Shown here in pieces: positions 14,251 to 29,325 of a stretch of DNA of 64,000 nucleotides (position 1 is the first letter of the stretch; each line of letters starts with the position of its first letter). Source of the DNA: Octopus vulgaris (Eukaryota); NCBI GenBank assembly GCA_951406725.2, contig OX597821.1:73346001-73410000 (forward strand), in the 5' to 3' direction. The notes under the pieces are model-generated. The model was not told the DNA's origin and did not search any database. It worked only from the letters and a program-made list of their open reading frames with translations. Both the position numbers and the translations under genes were made by a program.

Positions 14251-14379
14251 AGGCAAGGTTGTTTGTGGAAGACCAGCCTCCACTCTCCGTGCCACTGATG
14301 CTGTCCAAGAGGAAGTCAAAAACCAATACAGCTTGGCACCAGTGACATTGCAACTCATTTCTAAAGAGTGAACTGGAAC

Positions 14380-14650
14380 ATCATCATCATCATCACCGTT
14401 CAACGTCCGCTTTCCATGCTGGCATGGGTTGGACGATTTTGACTGAGGGGTGGCGAACCAGATGGCTGCACCAGACTCCAATCTTGAGCTGGCAGAGTTT
14501 CTACAGCTGGATGTCCTTCCTAACACCAACCACTCCGAGAGTGTAGTGGGTGCTTTTTACGTACCACCGGCACGGGAGTCAGTCAGGCGGGACTGGCAAT
14601 GACCTCGCTCAAATCTTTTTACAGGTGCCAGTAAGGCGACGTTGGTAACA
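14380..14650 (-). mobile_element. Retroposon family A copy (a second minus copy lies at 15027-15183)
   Basis: (CAT)n followed by the reverse complement of the core. Confidence 0.8.
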
Positions 14651-16189
14651 ACGTGAAATAAAGGCATTATCTGCTGGATAGCACCTTTATGATATTACAG
14701 ATGTGAGACTCTAAGGTATGTGTTTATAGGATACAGACGTGACCGTGTGGTTACAAAGCTTGTGTCTCGACCATATGGTCTTGGGTTCAGTCCCACTACA
14801 AAGTACCTGGTGCAAGTGTCTTCTACTATAGCCTTAGCTGACCAAAAGCACATTTGGTAAGCAGAAACTAAAAGAAGCCCGTATTATATACACGCATGTG
14901 TATGTGCGTGCATATGTGTGTATGTGTACCTTTGTCCCTGACATCATGTGATAGTTGTAAACAAGCCTCATCAATATACAAGCAACGTTGCTCATTTGCA
15001 GTGTTTCATGAAAAATATGTCTGACCATCATCATCATCATCGTTTAACGTCCGCTTTCCATGCTAGCATGGGTTGGACGATTTTGACTGAGGGCTGGTGA
15101 GCCAGATGGCTGCACCAGGCTCCAATCTTGATCTGGCAGAGTTTCTACAGCTGGATGCCCTACTTAAGGCCAACCACTCCGAGAGAAATAAGAAATATTA
15201 TCTTACTCGGACCATAAGAAATATTACCTTACTTGGAAACAGGCAAGGGTTAGAAACGGGAATGGCATGCAGCAATAGACGTGTGTGTGTGTGTGTGTGT
15301 GCGTGCGTGTGCACAGTTGTGTATGTTTCTTTTCAATTAACCTCTCAGCAGGTCTTAATATGTACAAATGTCATATCATACTGTTGCACTATTCCACAAT
15401 ATGTCATCTGCTGAATGTAGCATTTTAGCAGCCTTTCATTACTGAAACTGTTCAGATCCATTTTTATCGACATACAACAATGTGAAGAGACAAAGAAATG
15501 AAAGTTTCGGGAGTAACTGATAATGAGAATAAAGAATTACTACTATGCATGATGAGAACAGAATTGCTATAGATAATAACGACAGCAGTATGCTTTATAA
15601 ATGACATCCTGAGCTTGCATATGCAGGATGATGTCATCTCCTGAAAGTCAACAGGAAAAAACAGACCTGAAGACAGTGGTAGTGATGAGGATGGAATGTC
15701 TGACAGTGTCTGTGTATTTTTGAGCATAAAACATTTCAAACACACAAGAAAACAATCACAATATCACATCATTGGCCTTAACATGATTTTTCACTACTGT
15801 TTGAGAAAGACAAACTTTTCTTTCTCATAAGACAATGCATCATCTCTGCCATTTCATTGGCATCTTCTAGAAAGATCTGAAACACATTCACAAGAATGTT
15901 CAGAGAAAAATAAAATATTTATCATTGGTTGGCGTTAGGAAGGGCATCCAGCCATAGAAACCATGCCAAATCAGACAGGTGTCTGGGGCAGCTTCTCAGT
16001 CCTGGTCAAACCATCCAACATATGCCAGTCTACCAAATCCACTCACATGGCTTTGGTCGGCCCGAGGCTATAATAGAAGACACTTGCCTAAGGTGCCACG
16101 CAGTGGGACTGAATCCGGAACCATGTGGTTGGTAAGTAAACTACTTACCACACAGCCACTCCTGCGCATATATATATATATATATATAT

Positions 16190-16645
16190 AAATCAAAATC
16201 AAAATCAAACCAAATCAAATCAGATATCAGAAAGCAGAACCAAAATCGAAGTCGATCAACATCAATGGAAATTGCAGCTGTGATACCAGTGCTGGTGACA
16301 AGTAAGTGAACCATCCGATCTGGCCTCCGTGCCGGTGGCACGTAAAAAGCACCATCCGATCGTGGCCGTTGCCAGCCTCACCTGGCCCCCGTGCTGGTGG
16401 CACGTAAAAAGCACCATCCGTCCGTGGCCGTTTGCCAGCTCCGTCTGGCACCTGTGCGGGTGGCACGTAAAAAGCACCCACTACACTCACGGAGTGGTTG
16501 GCGTTAGGAAGGGCATCCAGCCGTAGAAACACTGCCAGATCAGACTGGGCCTGATGCAGTCTTCTGGCTTCACAGACCCCAGTTGAACCGTCCAACCCAT
16601 GCTAGCATGGAAAGCAGACGCTAAATGATGATGATGATGATGATA
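16190..16645 (+). mobile_element. Retroposon family A copy with three tandem units
   Basis: aaatc-repeat leader, repeated gtgccggtggcacgtaaaaagcacc units, core and (GAT)n tail. Confidence 0.8.
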
Positions 16646-17935
16646 TATGCACAAATGTAATTCCTTCCCAAATAAATTGTCCTTCGTATTCGAGTCTGAT
16701 GAAGCTCTAAGGTGTTATTCAGGCACTCAACTATTGCATCTTATACCAGAAACAGCGGGAAGCTAACGAAGTCCATAACATAATCGTTTTTTTCCTTTTG
16801 TCATCTTATTTTCTTTCGTTTGTGTGTGAGTGTGCGCGCGCGAGAGAAAGAGTGTGTGTGTATATATTGTAGCTAGACCTATTAGAAATAGCAACCCCAT
16901 TAACCTCAAATCACATTTAATTAGCTAATGTATAAATATATATGTAGCCAATAAGCGGTACGCGTAAAGAACCAGCTATAGGAGTCAAATCACCCTCAAA
17001 TGACACCATGTCTTGTGTGTGTGTGTGTGTGTGTGAACCAATGAAAAAGCCTCTACACGTTTTCTTGATAGAAAATGGTAGAAAACGCAGCAAAATCTTC
17101 ATCAAGCTCCCTGCTGTCTGTCATAACCTTAATGATAATAATAATATGGTGTACCCTAATCAGACGGGTAGTCATGATGGGTATATTGAGCTTCGTATAT
17201 TTTACCCCAGTGTCACTTTGATGGCATGAACTGCTCTCTCACTCAATAATAATAATGAAATTATTGTATACAGTGCTCAGGTACACTGTTGTACGTGTAC
17301 ACATACATATATGTATATAGACATACATAACACGGCTGCTAAAAGTGTCAGGAATAGCAGCTAATACTCCCTCAAACTACTTAAGCTAAATCATGCCTTA
17401 AATACAAGGACATCGGAAGGTGTCAGTGTTCAAATATATGTACACAAACAGACAGAAATAGGGAGATTATACGGAACATATATATCTTGTTGCATATTTC
17501 AATTTATCATCATTTGAAATATATAATTTGCATACTGGTGTATGGGTCCAAATGTTAATCTGATATGAACAAGTGACGCGATAGTCACATTAAGGGGTCC
17601 GTCCGTCCCCCCGGTACTTTTCCGCAGTCATTCTTTCGTGAATATTAGACAAATATACTCCAGTAAAACAGAGCAACGATATACAGGTACGGCGCCCCGT
17701 CACAACAGATCAACGTGAATAGATAGGAATAATATTTCGTTCGTGGTACAGAGGAGAACAACTAACAAGCACCCAAGTACTTGAAAACCTAGAAACCCTG
17801 TGCAGTCAGTTTCTACCACCACCACCATCACCACGGCCACTACTTCAGTTACTGCGCATGTTTGGATGTGACATCTAATACCAGAGTGTTTCATTGATAA
17901 AGAAATAGGCATGTGAGTGCATGTATGTGAGTGTG

Positions 17936-17979
<44 letters not shown>

Positions 17980-18470
17980 TATAGAGGTGGGTAATTAAAT
18001 AGACAAGCAAAGATGTCAAAGATGGAGACTGAAAGTTGTCGTGGAAGAAAAGACAAGACAAAGCGAAAAATAATGTCGAAATGTGAGATGTCTACAACAG
18101 CACAGCAAATATCGTCTCGTCAAAAGTAAGTTGTAAATAATATCAGAGGTCACGGTCACCAATGATACACATACACACAAATGGAAATAAATAAATAAAT
18201 ATATTACTTTTAGTTCCTTCCATGGTTCAAGGGTTTTTCTTTTTTTTTTTTTTTTGAAAATATTTCTAAGGCGTTCCACATAATTATTTTTTTTTTTACC
18301 CAAATGGAATAACGAAACCATTGCAATTTACATGGGATTTGTTTTATTAACGAAGGGCAAGAAATATTTTTGCCTAACACATTCACGCCTTCTCTCTCGT
18401 ACATACATATATATATATATATATATACATGACAAGTTGTGGTGCACCTGAGCACTGTATACAATAATTA

Positions 18471-18501
<31 letters not shown>

Positions 18502-18692
18502 TAGTATTTATATTGCGTGTAGGTAGTTGGGGTAAATCCCAGCTGTTATAATAACACCAAAAAATTTCTATTTCCTGTTTTGTTATATAAGAAAATGAGA
18601 TGATAAAGGAATAAAAAATTATCTTATGAACTTGTCCAGCCCATGCCAGCATAGACAACGGACGTTAAATAATCATGATGACGAACCCCATT

Positions 18693-18752
18693 AGCTTACA
18701 GCTGTTTCCGCAGTTGAGTACCCGAGTAGCACCTTACAGCCTCATCGAAGCC
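18693..18752 (-). ncRNA. Degenerate minimal hammerhead-ribozyme motif (Penelope-type relic)
   Basis: Minus strand reads GGCT-TCGATGA-ggctg...tgcg-GAAAC-AGCT-GTA-AGCT: a near-canonical core, palindromic helix III, GUA site and short helix I. A sister copy at 16692-16764 (+) keeps CTGATGA. Confidence 0.5.
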
Positions 18753-19289
18753 CCGAACATGATGTGCAAATTTATTTGGGGAAAGTATATTTAACATTTA
18801 TGCATATACACAGGAAAGCATTACCAATGAGAATACAAACGTATGCGGGAAATGAGACCCAGGAGATCCTCCCACAATTAGAATCAGATTAATGTTATAT
18901 AAAGACAGGTATATTCAGGTGTAGTGGAACTAATTAGATCTACCAGTAAAAATGTATGTATACATGTACAAATACTCACATAACAAGATAGATAGATAGA
19001 TATACATACACGCACTATATATATATGTGTGTGTATGTATGTATGAACGAACTGACAATGAAAAAATTGTGAAAGAATTCATAAAATGTTCAGAAACTCG
19101 AGGAATAAACGAGGATTGTCTCCTTTTATCATTTAATTTCGTCTCTCGCGATTTTTCTGATTTCAAAACCCCCGACAAGGACGACATAGTTATTTTTTTT
19201 TTTTTCCATCTGAGCCGATAAGAAGTAATGGCTTTGTACAAATGCGACAGACAGTAATTAATAGCAAAGCTATGTGGTTAGTAGTAGTA

Positions 19290-19318
<29 letters not shown>

Positions 19319-19324
<6 letters not shown>

Positions 19325-22300
19325 TAATTCTTTGCTGAGGTGCAAAGCCGATTTAAGGGAAGGATTAAAGTGGATTGAATCATCTCACAATATCCGATGA
19401 TACTTCTTTTTATCGACTTGAGGAGAGATGTAAAATCGCCCTCGATGCGACTTGAAGCCAGCATTTAATGAACGGGACAGGCTAAACACTCTAATGCAAT
19501 TAGCCATTTAATAAACTGACAGAGGATAATGCTCACATTATAGTAAAGAGCTGGCAGGAGAGGGGTCAGGGTTGTTCGAAATAACCGCATTGCACGACCA
19601 GTCAGTTACGTAGTTGAAATGGTATCAGGGTGACCCAGACTACAGAGAAAATCGCTTCTGCCATAGATACAGCGACCAGAAATTTCGGGGTGGATGGGGG
19701 GAGATATATTAATCGATTAAATCGACCCAGTACTGAACTGGTATTTGATATTATCGGATGAAATTGTAAAGGACTGTCGTATCTAAATATCACAAAGCAC
19801 TTTCATTCGGTGCTCTGTCGAGTCAATTTCTAATATAGGCAGACGGTTTGGCATTTTGGGGGTCATGAAAAGTACAGTTGACCTCGATGGGATTTGAACT
19901 TGTAATGTAGACGACAGCTGTACTACAAAGTAGTTTGACCAATGCTGCACCTTCTGCCAGTCTACTATGTCGACGAAGGAGATAATGAGTTATGGTAAAG
20001 AAATGTGTGTACTCTGAGTTTTACATAACTGCGTTGAGGTCAAGTCTGTCAAAGACAAAAGTTAAACTTGAAGAATGAGCGAAATACTAAGAACTCGTAC
20101 AAAGGGTTTTCGTTGGGCACTTCAGCACTTGAAAACGCATTAGATTGCCCAACTTATTATAATAATGGTAAATGGAATTTAACTAAAATAATAAGAAAAA
20201 GACATATCTTCTACGAGACAAAAGGTCTCTCTCTCTATCTATCTATCTATCCGTCCGTCCGTCTGTCCATCCATCCGTCTATCTATCTATCTATCTATCT
20301 ATCAGTCTACCTATTTGTCTGTCTAAACCGGCTGTGTGCGTGAAGTCTTTAATAAACAACAAAAACAATAATAATAGTCATTGCAATTCGACCAAAATCT
20401 GTAAAGAGCTGGTAACATATGCGAAATAGGAGAAAGATTCTACAGATTTTTTTCGTGTAACCATCTCCACAACACACGTCTGTCAACACAGATACATGGA
20501 TACGATTTGATAAACTGTTTCTGTGGGGTAAGGCGTACGAAATATAAGAATTCTAATCAGATGGTGATTATACATACATAACTATAATACAAACCTTACA
20601 CAAGTCTCATATCGTAATGTCAGCGAAATTGATAAGTGCGCACACGTACGTCCATTCATACATTATGTATGAGTGTGTATATGTATGTGTAGAGAGTGAG
20701 AGAGAAAGAATGAGGAAGGCGCTGTGGAGAGAGAGAGAGAGAGAGAGAGAGAAGTGCGACGGATCTCTTCATATACGTACACACATACATGTATTTACAC
20801 GTATATAGGCGCAGGAGTGGCTGTGTGGTAAGAAGCTTGCTTACCAAACATGGTTCCTGGTTCAGTCGCAGTGCGTGGTACCTTAGGCGAGTATCTTCTA
20901 CTTTAGCTTCGGGCCGACCAAAGCCTTGTCAGTGGATTTGGTAGACGGAAACTGAAAGAAGCCCGTCGTATATATGTGTGTGTGTGTGTGTGTTTGTTTG
21001 TTCCCCCACCATTGCTTGACAGCCGATGTTGGTGTGTTTACGTCCCCGTAACTTAGCGGTTCGGCAAAACAGACCGATAGAATAAGTACTAGGCTTACAA
21101 AGAGTAAGTCCTGGGGGTCAGTTTCTTCGACTAAAGGCGGTGCTTCAGCATGGCCACAATCAAAATAGAATAAAAGAATACATCTTCCTTTACCTGTTTC
21201 AATAATTAATTCTTTGCTGAGGTGCAAAGCCGATTTAAGGGAAGGATTAAAGTGGATTGAATCATCTCACAATATCCGATGATACTTCTTTTTATCGACT
21301 TGAGGAGAGATGTAAAAATCGCCCTCGATGCGATTTGAAGCCAGCATTTAAATGAACGGGACAGGCTAAATACTCTAATGCAATTAGCCATTTAATAAAC
21401 TGACAGAGGATAATGCTCACATTATAGTAAAGAGCTGGCAGGAGAGGGGTCAGGGTTGTTCGAAATAACCGCATTGCACGGCACGACCAGTCAGTTACGT
21501 AGTTGAAATGGTATCAGAGTGACCCAGACTACAGAGAAAATCGTTTCTGCCATAGATACAGCGACCAGAAATTTCGGGGGAGGGGGGGAGAAATATTAAT
21601 CGATTAAATCGACCCAGTACTGAACTGGTATTTGATTTTATCGGATGAAAATAGTAAAGGGCTGTCGTAACTAAATATCACAAAGCACTTTCATTCGGTG
21701 CTCTGTCGAGTCAATTTCTAATATAGACAGACGGTTTGGCATTTTGGGGGTCATGAAAAGTACAGTTGACCTCGATGGGATTTGAACTCGTAATGTAGAC
21801 GACAGCTGTACTACAAAGTAGTTTGACCAATGCTGCACCTTCTGCCAGTCTACTATGTCGACGAAGGAGATAATGAGTTATGGTAAAGAAATGTGTGTAC
21901 TCTGAGTTTTACATAACTGCGTTGAGGTCAAGTCTGTCAAAGACAAAAGTTAAACTTGAAAAATGAGCGAAATACTAAGAACTCGTATAAAGGGTTTTCG
22001 TTGGGCATTTCAGCACTTGAAAACGCATTAGATTGCCCAACTTATTATAATAATGGTAAATGGAATTTAACTAAAATAATAAGAAAAAGACGTATCTTCT
22101 ACGAGACAAAAGGTCTCTCTCTCTCTCTATCTATCCGTTCGTCCGTCTGTTCACCCATCCGTCTATCTATCTATCTATCTATCAATCAGTCTACCTATTT
22201 GTCTGTCTCTATTCATTTGTCTATCTGTCAATCAATTGATTTGTCTGTCTATCTAAACAGAAGTCTTTAATAAACAACAAAAGCAATAATAATAGTCATT

Positions 22301-23101
22301 GCAATTCGACCAAAATATGTAAATAGCTGGTAACATATGCGAAATAGGAGAAAGATTCTGCAGATTTTTTTTCGTGTAACCATCTCCACAACACACGTCT
22401 GTCAACACAGATACATGGATACGATTTGATAAACTGTTTCTGTGGGGTAAGGCGTACGAAATATAAGGATTCTAATCAGATGGTGATTATACATACATAA
22501 CTTATAATACAAACCTTACACAAGTTTCATATCGTAATGTCAGCGAAATTGTTAAGTGCGCACACGTACGTCCATTCATACATTATGTATGAGTGTGTAT
22601 ATGTATGTGTAGAGAGTGAGAGAGAAAGAATGAGGAAGGCGCTGTGGAGAGAGAGAGAGAGAGAGAGAAGTGCGACGGATCTCTTCATATACGTACACAC
22701 ATACATGTATTTACACGTATATAGGCGCAGGAGTGGCTGTGTGGTAAGAAGCTTGCTTACCAAACATGGTTCCTGGTTCAGTCGCAGTGCGTGGTACCTT
22801 AGGCGAGTATCTTCTACTATAGCTTCGGGCCGACCAAAGCCTTGTCAGTGGATTTGGTAGACGGAAACTGAAAGAAGCCCGTCGTATATATGTGTGTGTG
22901 TTTGTTTGTTCCCCCACCATTGCTTGACAGCCGATGTTGGTGTGTTTACGACCCCGTAACTTAGCGGTTCGGCAAAACAGACCGATAGAATAAGTACTAG
23001 GCTTACAAAGAGTAAGTCCTGGGGGTCAGTTTCTTCGACTAAAGGCGGTGCTTCAGCATGGCCACAATCAAAAGAATACATCTTCCTTTACCTGTTTCAA
23101 T
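19319..23101 (+). repeat. Tandem duplication of ~1.9 kb (19319-21200 and 21201-23101)
   Basis: Both copies start aataattaattctttgctgaggtgcaaagccg and end catcttcctttacctgtttc(aat). They are colinear with scattered substitutions and microsatellite or homopolymer length differences. Confidence 0.95.
20808..21160 (+). mobile_element. tRNA-derived SINE family B (duplicate at 22725-23070)
   Basis: ggcgcaggagtggctgtgtggtaag (A box), ggttcagtc (B box), CORE-like ggtaccttaggcgagtatcttctac and an internal (TG)n tract. Confidence 0.8.
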
Positions 23102-23615
23102 CATTGGAATGCGGCCATGCTGTGACGCTCACACACACATACACGGCAATGCGTGGGTGTAATCTTATCAATGGCTTTCTCTCAGAAATACCATAATGCA
23201 CGTGCGCGCGTGCTGGTGTATAAAATATTGGTGGGTTGCAAGGAAGAAAAGAACTGATAGAGAATAAAGATCTCTATTGAGGAAACCGTTCCACGTATAT
23301 ATTACCTATCAATGGAATCGTCCATCGATTTAAACAAAACCTTAATCACTGTTAGTAACCGGCTTAAATAATGTAAAGACGCTCAATCTCCCAGTAATGT
23401 ACGGCGGGGTTTAGGTTTATACATATATATATATATGCCCGCGCGCTGGAATAAATTCGATGGCCATTAATGGTAATTATTTCAATTAATGTACTTTATA
23501 AATTTGATATTTTCGACGTCGATCCATGCCAAAACATGCATTATCGATTTTTACAAGGAAAAACATTGATAAAACATGACGAAGATTTCATACATACACA
23601 CACATATATCATCAT

Positions 23616-27076
<3,461 letters not shown>

Positions 27077-27125
27077 ACCGGGTTGTTGTTTCATCACCTG
27101 TTTGTTTTTTTCTGTAAATTTGAAC

Positions 27126-27166
<41 letters not shown>

Positions 27167-28358
27167 GCATATACAAGTCATTGAAGTACCTTTACAAGGA
27201 TAGCCCGATCAGCTAAAAATAACAGATCTCCTAAATGGAGAGAATCGTCACGACACACAAGTTTTATATATATATATTATATACACACACATATATAAAT
27301 AGATATATATAAATTTAATAAAGTATCATCACGATTATTAAGAATAACAATAATAATAAAGTGATCTGCAAGTTTAACCTATATAGGTAAAATATACAAA
27401 TAAATTAGGGTACCGGAAAACCACTTGCTAGAAATAGAAGTCAACACTCCAGAGTCACAGATCTCTTAATAGTGAGAAATTTGTGGCTTTCAAGCAAGTT
27501 ATATATATATGAATATAAATATACATATATACACATACATATAATAAATAAAAGGGTAATATTAATTAATTAATTAATAATTTTACCAAGTAGTTCGATA
27601 CGTTAAAATAACCTTTTTATGTAAAATTATACAAATATTCTATAATTAGCTGACCCCTGATTATAATTATAGAATATTTGTATATATACACACACACAAC
27701 GAAATTCTAAACCCAAAACATTGATTAGAAAATATGATATGGGACAAGGTTAGAGCGATTAGACAGACGTTGGTAGATAATGGAAGGGCTGGGCCTGAAA
27801 TTGTCGCTGCTCATCCCTGATCGTGTCGCCAGGCACCTGCACTTTTACCTGATACCTACAACTGCCAACAACTACTAACCCAAATCAATTTATTCTTTTA
27901 CCAACCTTGGTTATTATATTTTGTGGATTCTAATAGTTAAAGGTTGCACATAAACATCGTAGAAGGGGCGAAGAATAAATATGAGAGGTGGATGGAATTT
28001 AGGGACAATCTGTTGTCAATGTACAAGAAGAGTTCAATGTGCTGACGGATGAATTTCATCGATTATTTCCGATCAGGTTTTACCGACCTAAAATTAGACA
28101 CTCTCCCATCGATACTCATTTATATATATAAATACACACACACACACACAAGTATATCCATATATATATATATATATATATAAAGTTCAGCAAAATTTAG
28201 ATTTAGATGAATATGGTACTTAAGTTAAAGGCACCAGAATTTGGTATGGTATTATCCATATAAATCAAATGGGGTGATTATAATCAAAATAAGCAACAAG
28301 GATATCCAAAGGTATAGTAGTACAATCGTTTCATGCTGCTTCATTTTATTAAACACTG

Positions 28359-28404
<46 letters not shown>

Positions 28405-29254
28405 TGCATACATAGACACACTTATATCATTTCTGATTATTCTACGAAACGAAATGAAAGCGTTAGATAAAAATAATTATCCAAAATTCTGACTACCTCC
28501 TATTTCTTAGTATACAAAATCCGTACACCACTTCAAACAATACATACATATATATATATATATATATCTACATACATGTATGTTTATATATCATAAAGAC
28601 ATGGCTAAGAATGCCTTGACAGAGAGGTTTCCAGAGATTAAGCCATAAACATAATCAAACGTTGATCTTAATACATAAACAATAGATAAAAGCATTTGTG
28701 TTTATAATCATTTTTAAAACTCACCTCAATCAAAATAATTCACACAAACAGATCTTTTTTTTTTTAATCTTTTTTCTTCTCTTTTCTTTTGATTGTTTCT
28801 TTTTCCAAAAAACAAAAAGGTTTTGAATGCAGCAAAGCTTTTTGAAAAGAGGGGGAAAATAGCTCAAATATTTGCTTCTGTTTAGAATCAAGAAATATTC
28901 TCGGCCCGATTTACATGAATACCGGATCGTTGCAGATGTAGATGATTGCTATCCAAGAGAAACAACATCCAGAAAGACATGTGAAACAAGAAGAAAATGT
29001 TTTTTTTTTAAAGGAGTCCGATGCAGATTGGAAATGATTTGCGGGGCTTTACACGCAGGAAGAACAAAAAAAAAATGGATAAATCAAGTAATTATTTTGC
29101 CCCTTTTGGTTTGTTTTTGATCTTAGCCCTTATCCTAGATTGGAGAATCCCCCCAGTGACCTAAAAACTAGGCTGTTTGCAAGAACTGCATCAATCGTCA
29201 TCTTCGACATTCGCCAGAAGAGAAACACAATAAAAAAAATGTCGGATTGATGGA

Positions 29255-29325
29255 GAAAGGCGGAAGTGACGTATAGCGCAACCTTGCTTTTCTTTGCCGA
29301 CTTCCGGTCATGTCTGCCATTTTCA
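29255..29325. promoter_or_regulatory. Promoter-like motif cluster (two ETS sites, CRE half-site, YY1)
   Basis: GGCGGAAGTGACGT, ACTTCCGG and GCCATTTT within 70 bp of unique, CpG-retaining sequence. A strong minus-strand donor GAG|GTGAGT lies at 28725. Confidence 0.6.

Noticed and set aside
15464-15745. 93-aa minus ORF and an acidic plus-strand patch (EDSGSDEDGMSDS)
   Set aside because: No splice-consistent frame or recognisable domain; may be a decayed transposase N-terminus.
20808-20880. Possible tRNA genes at SINE heads (also 49339, 58990)
   Set aside because: A and B boxes are present but there is no complete cloverleaf, and each continues into a SINE body.
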